From positions 1 to 38,556 of the forward strand of contig PCNA01000017.1 of NCBI GenBank assembly GCA_002490245.1: a DNA stretch of 38,556 bases, given 5' to 3'. Positions 8,447-17,383 of this stretch are shown piece after piece; the first letter of the stretch is position 1; the number at the start of each line of letters is the position of its first letter. The DNA comes from Candidatus Bathyarchaeota archaeon B24-2. Its GTDB lineage: Archaea > Thermoproteota > Bathyarchaeia > Bathyarchaeales > B24-2. The notes under the pieces were generated by a model. It did not search any database, was not told where the DNA came from, and saw only the letters and a program-made list of their open reading frames with translations. A program made the translations under genes and the position numbers.

Positions 8447-10561
8447 TTATTTATGATAGACGATTTTTATCCAGCTCACCGGATTTTTCAGTCCACTCGT
8501 AGTTTCAGACCTTACGGCCATATGGTTTATCCCTTCATGCAGTCGCCAGATGAAAGTTTTATCTTTTTCTGCCCAGCCAGATCCGTCTATGTTAACGAGG
8601 AAGCCGGAGAAGTCAGGGGTTATGGTCTCCAAGTATACTCTAATGCTTCCGGGTTCCTCTTCCATCTCCAAGACAAAGGAGACTTGGTTTATACTCCAGT
8701 ACATGTCTTGTGGCCTGTTTGTATGTTTTGAGAAGTGTGGTAACGGAGGAGTCTTCTCGTCGGCCCAGTTTAAGTATCCGTCCCAACACCACACCACGTC
8801 TCCTTGGTTGACCGGGAGAGGTCTGTGACGGCTAAGAAAGTTGTTACGTGGAATTATTCTTAGGTGCTGAAATATGAGGAACTGGCTTTTTAGAGCGTAT
8901 TCTGTGACCGGAAATCTGTTCTCTCCTTCACGTACGCCTATGGGGAGGTTTTTCGTTAACTCGGATATGTCGTGGGTAAAGTAAAAGGGTCTCCGCCAAT
9001 CCTCTACTTCCTTAAGTCTTTCGACTAGAATGTTATGTATCTCCAAAGCGTTTAGTGGGATTCCTGTATTCTTATCGTAGTAGTAGAAGTCTCTTGTGGG
9101 ATCCATGTAAATCCACTTCTCATAGTCGTTAGACCAGACTTCGACGACCTCATGACCGCTCAATCCCTCGCTGTTTATGTTTATGTGACGAGCTTGAATA
9201 CCAAAGCTCAGGCAAGCCTGCATAAACACTATAGCAGGGAAAAGGCACATCTTATCCCTCCTCCTCTGGTCATAAACGTTCAGTTTTATTTCTCCTTTAG
9301 AGTCGTATTCTAGCTTCAGCATCCGGAGAGCGTCCCAAGGGTAATAGCAGACCTCACCGATGGGTATACGGTAAGCCCAATTCAGTAATCTAAGTATTTT
9401 TTCAAACTCCGTCTTACATCCCTCGACCACAGAATCTAACTTAAATTTCCTTCTGAGCTCCTGCAACCTTGGATGGTCCCATTTCTCATAATCGAAGTTC
9501 CAAGAGGAACGCTTAAGCTCAGGATTTTTGTAGTCGACGACTTTCAAGAAGCCTTCAGGCCAGTCATACTGTATGACCTTCGACCTTATCTTAATGGACT
9601 TCAGGGTCGGTGTTGTGAGTGGGTCATCCGTTGTTAACGTAACTTTCCATTGTAAGTATCTGTTGAGCATCTCTCCATCGAGTTTATAGACCTTCTTTTC
9701 CCCCGACCCAAGTTCTATCCATCTACTCCACGACGCTTCGTCATAGAAGGGAGTCTTTCCGGTTCTAACTTCAAGGGTTGCATACGTCTTGGGAGGCAAG
9801 TCTAGGTCTAAGGTGATCGTTATCTCTTTAACGTCCACTCTATGCTTAACGATGGATCCTTCAGGAGCGCTTCCGACGTCGATTATCGAGGACGTTATCG
9901 AACCTTTCCTCCGAAACTTCTTGAGGTAAATCCTCACAATGTATTCCCCGTCGAAGGCGTCCTCACTTCCCAGCCTATCGTAATTCCACGTTTTACCGCC
10001 GTCTTTACTCTTTGCACTCGTGTTTGGCGGCTTTACGTCCTCTATCGTCCCCTTATAGTACTCTTCGTCGTTAGCTACCAGTATATACCAGCTTGGCTCT
10101 TTGCTGGGTGTTCTAAAGACTATCTCGTTTTTACCTTCCCTTAAGTAACTTAAAGGCAAATCGACATAGTACCACCTACCCCACCCAAGCTGGTACTGTT
10201 TAGCCAGAGGATAACCGATCAACGAAGCCTTCCTAACCACGGTGTTTCCGTTAACGTCTATATAGAGAGGCGTTTTGTTGCCCTTCTCCTCTTTCCCGAG
10301 GAATAGTAGAAGAGCGGAGGATGCTCTAAGGTCTTCGATCCATAACTCCTTTTTCGCGAATATCCTATTCGTTATAGCTTCGTATACCCCGGGAGCTAAC
10401 CTACTCTCTCCCGCCGCAGGAGAGTCGTTCTCTATCAGCTCGCCCTCTAAGAGCTTTATCCCATAGTCTTTAGCCTTCTTCCAAACGTTATCGACGGTTG
10501 AAGTTCGATAGATCTGCTCAGCCGACTGAATAATCTCTATTTCTTTGAGTTTTCCCTCCAC
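8447..10561 (-). CDS. Large multidomain protein with a C-terminal transglutaminase-like (Cys-His-Asp) domain
   Basis: 704 aa; KMCLFPAIVF...FGIQAR...GHEVVEVWSNDYEKWIYMDPT; one Asp-box-like motif SKDGGKTW. Confidence 0.75.
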   Translation of the reverse strand: MEGKLKEIEIIQSAEQIYRTSTVDNVWKKAKDYGIKLLEGELIENDSPAAGESRLAPGVYEAITNRIFAKKELWIEDLRASSALLLFLGKEEKGNKTPLYIDVNGNTVVRKASLIGYPLAKQYQLGWGRWYYVDLPLSYLREGKNEIVFRTPSKEPSWYILVANDEEYYKGTIEDVKPPNTSAKSKDGGKTWNYDRLGSEDAFDGEYIVRIYLKKFRRKGSITSSIIDVGSAPEGSIVKHRVDVKEITITLDLDLPPKTYATLEVRTGKTPFYDEASWSRWIELGSGEKKVYKLDGEMLNRYLQWKVTLTTDDPLTTPTLKSIKIRSKVIQYDWPEGFLKVVDYKNPELKRSSWNFDYEKWDHPRLQELRRKFKLDSVVEGCKTEFEKILRLLNWAYRIPIGEVCYYPWDALRMLKLEYDSKGEIKLNVYDQRRRDKMCLFPAIVFMQACLSFGIQARHININSEGLSGHEVVEVWSNDYEKWIYMDPTRDFYYYDKNTGIPLNALEIHNILVERLKEVEDWRRPFYFTHDISELTKNLPIGVREGENRFPVTEYALKSQFLIFQHLRIIPRNNFLSRHRPLPVNQGDVVWCWDGYLNWADEKTPPLPHFSKHTNRPQDMYWSINQVSFVLEMEEEPGSIRVYLETITPDFSGFLVNIDGSGWAEKDKTFIWRLHEGINHMAVRSETTSGLKNPVSWIKIVYHK

Positions 10562-10722
10562 TCCGCCTACACCACCCTATAGTAAGCCTTATTTTACTTT
10601 TTAATGTATGCTTCTATGGAATTTTAGAAAAGAGGTTTTCTAAGTCGAACTATTTGAGTTTAGAGGCCGAGGTGACCGTCTAAAACCATCTCTCTAAGGC
10701 TAGAGCTACGCCTGTAAAAGGG

Positions 10723-10738
10723 TTAAAAATTTTAAATA
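10723..10738 (+). promoter_or_regulatory. BRE/TATA promoter of tRNA-Arg
   Basis: A-rich run followed by TTTAAATA (10731-10738), ~30 nt upstream of the tRNA. Confidence 0.7.
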
Positions 10739-10766
10739 ACTTCGTCTTGTATAATTCGTGTGATAT

Positions 10767-10897
10767 GGGCCCGTAGCGCAGACTACTTTACAAAGCGAAA
10801 GTAGGCGAAATATGGATAGCGCAACGGCCTCCTAAACCTGAAGACCACCGATGGAGAGAGCCGTGGGTCGTGGGTTCAAATCCCACCGGGCCCGCCA
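10767..10897 (+). tRNA. tRNA-Arg(CCT) with two introns (15/16: 10782-10810; 37/38: 10835-10858); CCA encoded
   Basis: Acceptor GGGCCCG/CGGGCCC, D-stem GCGC/GCGC, anticodon stem ACGGC/GCCGT with CCT at 10831-10833, T-arm GTGGG-TTCAAAT-CCCAC. Removing both introns gives 75 nt plus CCA. Confidence 0.93.
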
Positions 10898-11058
10898 AGT
10901 TTTCAAGACCTTGAATCTCTGAGGGTTTTCAGCTTTTACGATCAGTAAATTTATAGAGCGGGCTCTTCTCTCAGGATCGACGTAACGACCTTCCTTGCCT
11001 CTTCTATGAACGATGTTCTGGCCGCAGTAGTTATCTTGTAGGATGGCTAAAATTATTC

Positions 11059-11547
11059 TTGGTGAACTTTAACGTGGGTAAGATTACGCTTGGAGAGATT
11101 ATAAAGCGGCTAAAATCTGCCTCTAAGAATTTAGAGGAGGCCTTCGGGGAAGCCTATGTTGGGTTGCTACTTTTTGGAAGTTACGCTAGAGGCGAGGCTT
11201 CAGATAGAAGCGACGTCGACGTTCTTGTAGTAATGCGAGGTTTGAAAGGCCTTAAGGTTAGAGGCGACGTTTATGGTATTCTGGCCAAACATGTTGGGAG
11301 GCCGCTTACTCTTATCGATGTGGATTTAGCGGATATTTCGAGAGACGACTTGGAGGTTACGCCTCTACTTCTCAACGCCCTATACGATGGCGTTATAGTT
11401 TATGACAGGTTTGGTGTACTTGAAAGACTTAAGTTGAAGACGATCGAGCTTATAAGAAAAGCCAACCTCGTGAGATATAGGACGCCCGACGGAAAATATG
11501 GTTGGAAGAGGGCTAACGGAAAGCCTATCGAGGCTGTGGAAGCTTGA
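11059..11547 (+). CDS. Minimal nucleotidyltransferase (MNT) antitoxin
   Basis: LFGSYARGEASDRSDVD (GS-x10-DxD); 4-nt overlap with the HEPN gene. Confidence 0.9.
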   Translation: MVNFNVGKITLGEIIKRLKSASKNLEEAFGEAYVGLLLFGSYARGEASDRSDVDVLVVMRGLKGLKVRGDVYGILAKHVGRPLTLIDVDLADISRDDLEVTPLLLNALYDGVIVYDRFGVLERLKLKTIELIRKANLVRYRTPDGKYGWKRANGKPIEAVEA

Positions 11548-11981
11548 AGCTTAACCCAAGAAACGAGGTCTCTTATAGGGCCAGACTTGCAATACGATAT
11601 CTAGAGGAGGCTGAAGAGGCTTATAAGCGAGGAGATTATAGAGGTACCGTTGCCTCATCTCAGCTTAGCGCAGAGAACGCTGCTAAGGCTATTATAGCAT
11701 TATTCAGGACGCCTAGTTGGAGTCACGATCCATCCTATGAATTAATAGATGTTTTGCCTCTGCTGCCCGTTGATTTAAGGAGTTTAACTCAGGAACTCGC
11801 TGAGATCACTAGACGCCTTGCACCTGAACATGGAAGGGTTACATATGGCGAGCCCCTGAGAGGTCTCACTCCATGGGATCTATACGATGAGGAAAGTGCT
11901 TCTGAGGTTCTTTTAAGAGCTAGGAGAGCCCGAGAGATAATGGGTATAATACTCAGCAGACTGGGAAATCTTCGGATTTAA
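11544..11981 (+). CDS. HEPN domain protein (putative toxin)
   Basis: A..YLEEAE...SQLSAENAAKA...RTPSWSHD (R-x5-H); paired with MNT. Confidence 0.9.
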   Translation: MKLNPRNEVSYRARLAIRYLEEAEEAYKRGDYRGTVASSQLSAENAAKAIIALFRTPSWSHDPSYELIDVLPLLPVDLRSLTQELAEITRRLAPEHGRVTYGEPLRGLTPWDLYDEESASEVLLRARRAREIMGIILSRLGNLRI

Positions 11982-12071
11982 ACATACTCGATGGTATCAT
12001 GGTAAAAAGAACTGATGGATTAAAAGGCAGGTTTTTAGTTTGTCACTCTACCTTAATGGTAGAAGGAGGAT

Positions 12072-13127
12072 GTGGAGTCAACGATGGCCAAGTTTCGTGC
12101 ACCTGAACCGTTTTCAGGAGGCATATTCTTAACCTACAAGTGTACAAGCATGTGTAGACACTGTATGTATGCTTGCTCTCCGAAGTGGAGTGAAGATTGG
12201 ATAGATGTTAAAGGAGCAGAGAAGGTTCTAACTATACTATCCGAGAGGCTTCGAGGAAAATATCCCTCGAGGTCAAATACGATAGGTGTGAACTATGGAG
12301 TACATTTTACTGGGGGTGAGCCTTTTCTGAATTTCGAGCTTTTACTTAAGCTCACTGAGGTTGCTCATAGTCTTGAGTTACCGTCGCTTTTCGTCGAAAC
12401 GAACTGCTTTTGGTGCGTTAACGATAAGGTCGTTGAGGAGAAACTTAAACGGCTTAAATCTGCTGGTCTTCAAGGCATACTGATAAGCGCAAATCCCTTT
12501 CTGGTCGAGTATGTGCCTTTCGAGAGGATAGTTAGGTGTGAGAGAATCGGAAGGAAGGTCTTCGGCAGAAACGTGATAGTATACCATGACCTCTTCTATA
12601 GTCAGCTGAAACGGTTGGGCTTGAAGGGGAGGATGTCATTCGAGGACTATCTGGAGTTCATGATGAAGAAGTGTAGAGGGGAGATCCCTCTAGCTTTAAG
12701 TTTCAACTCTGTTCTACCGATGGGGAGAGCACCGTATAAGTTAGGTTACCTGTATAGGAGGTACCCTGCAAAAGTCTTCTTCAGCGAGTCCTGTAGACGG
12801 GAGCTAACTCGCGAGTGGCATGTCCATATAGACAACTACTTTAATTATATTACGGGATATTGTGGTGGGATCTCGTTGGGTGACGCGAGGGAGCTAGACT
12901 CCCTGTGTGAAGGTATAGAGCTCGACGAGCGGCCAGTCCTTAAAGCCCTCCTAGAGAGTTTAGGCTCTCTCTACGAGTTCGCGGTTGAGGAGTTTGGTTA
13001 TAGGGAGCTGCCTGAAGGATACGTCTCGAAATGTCATCTATGCGTGGATATAAGGAGACATATAGCCAAACAAACAGACAGGTTCGAGGAGCTTAACCCT
13101 AGAGAGTTCTATAAACACCTCGAGTAG
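12072..13127 (+). CDS. Radical SAM protein of unknown function
   Basis: CTSMCRHC (CxxxCxxC), FTGGEPF; extra C-terminal cysteines (SC, YCGG, KCHLC). Confidence 0.9.
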   Translation: MESTMAKFRAPEPFSGGIFLTYKCTSMCRHCMYACSPKWSEDWIDVKGAEKVLTILSERLRGKYPSRSNTIGVNYGVHFTGGEPFLNFELLLKLTEVAHSLELPSLFVETNCFWCVNDKVVEEKLKRLKSAGLQGILISANPFLVEYVPFERIVRCERIGRKVFGRNVIVYHDLFYSQLKRLGLKGRMSFEDYLEFMMKKCRGEIPLALSFNSVLPMGRAPYKLGYLYRRYPAKVFFSESCRRELTREWHVHIDNYFNYITGYCGGISLGDARELDSLCEGIELDERPVLKALLESLGSLYEFAVEEFGYRELPEGYVSKCHLCVDIRRHIAKQTDRFEELNPREFYKHLE

Positions 13128-13719
13128 GACGCTTCGAGACGAACATATTTCCCTTGATGAAGAACCTCAGCTCCCTCTCTAAGTCCTTCTTGACGCCTAT
13201 CCTATGGGAAGACCCTATCTCGAAGACCTGTTCGCCGTCTGAGATGAAAACTTCACTCTCGATCGAGTAGACTGGTAAGCCGTTCAGCTTCTTATCTATC
13301 TTGAAGGCCCTTGTCAGTTTTCCCGGACCATTAGTCAACTCGAAGACGTTTTTAGCTTTTCTGTTTCGCTTCATAACCTCTAAGCCATGTATCGGCTCCA
13401 CAGCCCTTATCAAAACAGCTCCCACCTCACCCTCCCTATGTGCGACCACGTTGAACATCCAATTGTTGTGGACGTTGTAGATGAACGCTATGCCCGGTTC
13501 ACCCCACATCGGCGCGTTATATCTCTTCATCCCATGGCGGGCCCGTGAAGCAGGGTCTTCCATACCAAAGTAGGCTTCGGTCTCGACTATCAATCCTTCG
13601 AGTGTTTCTTTGTGAAGCCTTCTAACGAGGATTTTACCCAGCAGTTCCTTGGCAACCAGCTCCGGGTCTCGCTGGTAGAAGCGCTTGGAGAGGGGTTTCC
13701 GGCAGGCGTGTCTCACCAT
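13099..13719 (-). CDS. mpg: 3-methyladenine DNA glycosylase (AAG/MPG family)
   Basis: AKELLGKILVR...IVETEAY.G.EDPAS...AVLIRAVEP...LTNGPGKL...RIGV. Confidence 0.93.
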   Translation of the reverse strand: MVRHACRKPLSKRFYQRDPELVAKELLGKILVRRLHKETLEGLIVETEAYFGMEDPASRARHGMKRYNAPMWGEPGIAFIYNVHNNWMFNVVAHREGEVGAVLIRAVEPIHGLEVMKRNRKAKNVFELTNGPGKLTRAFKIDKKLNGLPVYSIESEVFISDGEQVFEIGSSHRIGVKKDLERELRFFIKGNMFVSKRPTRGVYRTL

Positions 13720-13831
13720 AGGTTTAGGTTTAATCGACGGTCGATATGAAGGTTAACCTGCGAACCTTCTTATGTCAGAAAGGGTTATTCTTCTGGAGGT
13801 CGATGCAACCATTAGAGTTGGGGGCTAAGGT

Positions 13832-14929
13832 TTGAGGAGAGCGCTGTACACCCTTGTGATAGCTTGTTTAATCGCTCTTTCATCGGTCGAGGGGATCTTC
13901 TACTTTCAACTCTCGGTCAAACATGAAGACCTTAAGTCAAAGTATATGGAGCTTAAATCGAACTATGGTAGCCTAGTAGAGAACTATACTAAACTCCAAC
14001 TCGGGTATAAGGAGCTCATAGAGGACTATTCGAGGCTTCAGGATAGCTACGTGACCCTGAACGCTAGCTACGCAGGCTTAGCCGACAGATATGATGAGCT
14101 ACGTGACTACTTCAGACAGGTCGAGGCTTACCAGAAGAAGTTAAACGAGACTTACCACACTCTTCTAGAGAGCTATAAGACGATGAAGGGAGAATACTCT
14201 AAACTGAAAGGTGAACTACAGAAGGTTAACGAGGCTTATCTCAGGTATCAGGAAGCGTACCGTAAACTGGCGTTTCAGGTTAACTTGAGGGTCGTTCACC
14301 CGAACGGCAACGAGAGTCTATTCATAACCCCAGACGACCCGGAGGTTAGGAGTAAGGTCTTAGAGATAACCGGGGGTTGGAGCGATAAGAAAGACTGGAG
14401 CGAGTTCTGGATAGACGTTAAGAAGCTATACGATTGGGTCGTGGATAACATCGTCTACAGGAACGATACCCTCTATCCCAAGTTACCTGACGAGCCGAGC
14501 GGAAAAGTGGAGAGTATACCTGAAGTCTGGCAGTTCCCGAACCAAACCCTGATGCTTGGCAGCGGAGACTGTGAGGATATGGCTATCCTTCTAGCTAGCA
14601 TGGTCTATGCGTACGTCGATAAAGAGTACTGGGTCGAAGTAATAGTGATCACGGATCACGTAGCAGTCTACATACCGGTGAAAGAAGGTAAAATCTGCAT
14701 ACTCGACCCTGGAGGAAGATACTATACCGGTGTAGGCCGTCCTTGGGGAGGGCTTACGGCTAGAGACGTAAGAGGAGAAGTCTATAGATGGTTGAGCTAC
14801 TGGAGCGGTAGGGTGGAGAACCCGGAAGTCAAGTGGGTGTTCTCGGCCTATTTATGGAGGGTCTTCGCGAAGCCCGGTGAAAACGGGACAGAGAACTTCA
14901 TAGACTGGATGTACAGCCGCGAACTATAA
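13832..14929 (+). CDS. Membrane-anchored coiled-coil protein with a C-terminal transglutaminase-like domain
   Basis: N-terminal hydrophobic helix, YxxL heptads, GSGDCEDMAILLASM...DHVAVYI...ILDP. Confidence 0.8.
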   Translation: MRRALYTLVIACLIALSSVEGIFYFQLSVKHEDLKSKYMELKSNYGSLVENYTKLQLGYKELIEDYSRLQDSYVTLNASYAGLADRYDELRDYFRQVEAYQKKLNETYHTLLESYKTMKGEYSKLKGELQKVNEAYLRYQEAYRKLAFQVNLRVVHPNGNESLFITPDDPEVRSKVLEITGGWSDKKDWSEFWIDVKKLYDWVVDNIVYRNDTLYPKLPDEPSGKVESIPEVWQFPNQTLMLGSGDCEDMAILLASMVYAYVDKEYWVEVIVITDHVAVYIPVKEGKICILDPGGRYYTGVGRPWGGLTARDVRGEVYRWLSYWSGRVENPEVKWVFSAYLWRVFAKPGENGTENFIDWMYSREL

Positions 14930-15029
14930 ACGCTGGAGAACCTTCTATAATGCTATATGGCTAAACCCAGGAAACCATAATAAACGTCTGAGGTTGAGGC
15001 TATAGAAAGTAATCTGGAAGTGGTTGTAG

Positions 15030-16541
15030 TTGCCTGAGCTGTTGTTGGGCATAGACGTAGGTACGACTAGGGTTAAGGCCGTAGCCTTCAACCTTGAGGG
15101 TGAACCGTTAGCCTCCAGTATAGCTGAGTATGGCATACTAACGCCTAAGCCTGCTTGGGCCGAACAGAAGCCTGAGGTCTGGTGGAGAACACTCAGAGAG
15201 GTCGTTCATAGACTGTTTAAAGACTGCGATGTTCACCCGGGAGACGTTAGAGGGTTAGGTGTCTCGGTCTTAACCCCAGCTCTCGTCCCGGTAGATGAGA
15301 AAGGAAGAGCCTTGAGAAACGCGATACTGATGATCGACCAGAGGGCGGTCGAGGAAGCCGAACTCATTCACAGAGTCGCTGGAAAGGACAAAGTCTTCGA
15401 GATCACGGGAAACAGGATAGCACCAGGCACATATACTGCTCCAAGCATACTATGGATAAAGAGGCATGAACCAGAGGTCTACGAGAAGACCTACAAGTTC
15501 CTCCATGCTAACGGATATATAGTTCACAGGATGACAGGAGCCTTCACAACCGACTATACACAGGCCTCGGCCACCCTGCTACTCGATATAAAGAACGTGA
15601 AGTGGAGTGAAGACTTATGCGAAACCTTAAACATAGACCAGTCCAAGCTTCCTGAAATACGTCCATCCTGGAAGGCTGTAGGTGAACTGACAGAGGAGGC
15701 TGCACGTGAGCTAAACCTGCCTCGAGGGATACCGGTCGCTGCAGGAGCAAACGATACGGCCTGTGCGTGCATAGGAACAGGTGTTGTGGAGGAAGGGATG
15801 GCCCTTGAGTCCATAGGAACCACCATCACCTTGTCTTACATAACCGCTAAACCTTCGTTCGACATAAGGGTGTTGAACAGACTGCATGCTGTCCCCGAAC
15901 GCTACATACTCATGGCCGCCACGTCGACTCCAGGGGCGGCGTACAGGTGGCTGAGAGACCAATTCTATCGAAGGAAATCGGGAGCTACGTATCGCGAGAT
16001 GGACGAGGAAGCTGAAAGAGCACCTCCGGGGTCGAGGGGCCTGATATTCCTGCCATATCTATCAGGTGAGAGGACGCCTATCTGGAACCCCAACGCGAGA
16101 GGTGTACTCTTCGGCTTGACCTTAACCCACACTCGAGGAGACGTAGCTAGAGCGTTCCTCGAAGGCGGAGCGTATTGCGTTAAGGACTGCTTGGAAGTCT
16201 TTAAGTCACGTAAGTTTGAGGTGTCTGAAATTCGGGTGACCGGAGGAGGTGCTAAAAGCCGTCTATGGAGGAGTATAATGGCTGACGTGTTAGGCTTGAC
16301 GCTGAGGGTTCCGAACGTGGAGGAGGCGTCTTGCTTGGGAGCGGCGGTTTTAGGTGGAACTGCTGCGGGGGTGTACGGCGACCCTATAGAAGCGTCGAGG
16401 AGGATCGTTAAGGTCGTAGACGAAGTTAAACCGCGCCTTGGAAACCATGTGAAATATCAGCGTTACTACAAGCTGTTTAAGCGGGTTTACCTTAAACTGG
16501 TCGAGGAGTTCGACGAGCTAAAAGCTTTGGAGGCTTCATAA
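15030..16541 (+). CDS. FGGY-family carbohydrate kinase (xylulokinase-like)
   Basis: LGIDVGTTRVK, FLPYLSGERTP, TGGGAKS..W, LGAA. Confidence 0.92.
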   Translation: MPELLLGIDVGTTRVKAVAFNLEGEPLASSIAEYGILTPKPAWAEQKPEVWWRTLREVVHRLFKDCDVHPGDVRGLGVSVLTPALVPVDEKGRALRNAILMIDQRAVEEAELIHRVAGKDKVFEITGNRIAPGTYTAPSILWIKRHEPEVYEKTYKFLHANGYIVHRMTGAFTTDYTQASATLLLDIKNVKWSEDLCETLNIDQSKLPEIRPSWKAVGELTEEAARELNLPRGIPVAAGANDTACACIGTGVVEEGMALESIGTTITLSYITAKPSFDIRVLNRLHAVPERYILMAATSTPGAAYRWLRDQFYRRKSGATYREMDEEAERAPPGSRGLIFLPYLSGERTPIWNPNARGVLFGLTLTHTRGDVARAFLEGGAYCVKDCLEVFKSRKFEVSEIRVTGGGAKSRLWRSIMADVLGLTLRVPNVEEASCLGAAVLGGTAAGVYGDPIEASRRIVKVVDEVKPRLGNHVKYQRYYKLFKRVYLKLVEEFDELKALEAS

Positions 16542-17351
16542 AACAGTCTTAGCTGCTTCCTCAGCCGGCACGTTCTCGTGGACCACCATTCTTATCGCTT
16601 TAGCCATGGCGTCTGGACGCTCATGTGAGAATAGGTTTCTACCGACGGCTACGCCTATTGCTCCTGCCTTAATCGCGTTTTCGACCATTCGCAGAAACTT
16701 TAAGTCGCTCTCGACCTTAGGGCCTCCGGCCTGAATAACCGGGACTGGACAGGTTTCCACGACCTTTCTGAAAGATTCTAAATCGCCGGTATATGAGGTT
16801 TTAACGTAGTCTGCGCCTAGCTCCGCGGCTGCTCTAGCAGCGTAAGCCACCCTATCGGCGTTATACCACTCCTCTTTAGGTATTTCCTCGCCTCTAGGAT
16901 AAGCGTGGACAAAGAGGGGTAGGCCCCACTCCAAGCAGGCCTCGACGAAGAAGCCAGTATTGTTCAGGAGGTTTACCTGAACGTCGCTTCTGTTACCGAA
17001 GAGGAAACCCACGGACACCGCGTCTGCGCCTAGCTTAACGGCTTCCTCGACGGAGCCTATCGGCGCGTCGAAGTGCGGATTGAAAGGAGTGAAGGCGGTT
17101 AATTTAACGATTAAGCCTACGTTCCCTGCGAAGTCGGAGAACAAGCTCTTCACGTTTCCCGGGTTTAAGATAACGGCGTCGGGTTCACCCTCCATTATCT
17201 TACCGAGAGTCCTCTTGAGTTTCCCTATACCTTTAAGGTGTGGGCCATGCTGTAACCCATGGTCTAAAGCGGCGATAAATATCCTTCCGGTTTTCCTGTT
17301 TATGAGTCTACCTAACCTATGCTTCTTCGCTACGGCAGACAAGCTCCTCAC
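16536..17351 (-). CDS. DhnA/LsrF-family class I aldolase
   Basis: ALDHG..HGP, AAELGADYVKTSY (Schiff-base Lys), AGGPK, VGRN. Confidence 0.9.
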   Translation of the reverse strand: MRSLSAVAKKHRLGRLINRKTGRIFIAALDHGLQHGPHLKGIGKLKRTLGKIMEGEPDAVILNPGNVKSLFSDFAGNVGLIVKLTAFTPFNPHFDAPIGSVEEAVKLGADAVSVGFLFGNRSDVQVNLLNNTGFFVEACLEWGLPLFVHAYPRGEEIPKEEWYNADRVAYAARAAAELGADYVKTSYTGDLESFRKVVETCPVPVIQAGGPKVESDLKFLRMVENAIKAGAIGVAVGRNLFSHERPDAMAKAIRMVVHENVPAEEAAKTVL

Positions 17352-17383
17352 CGCCTTTAAGTTCTCTACTTTAAATTTTAGCT

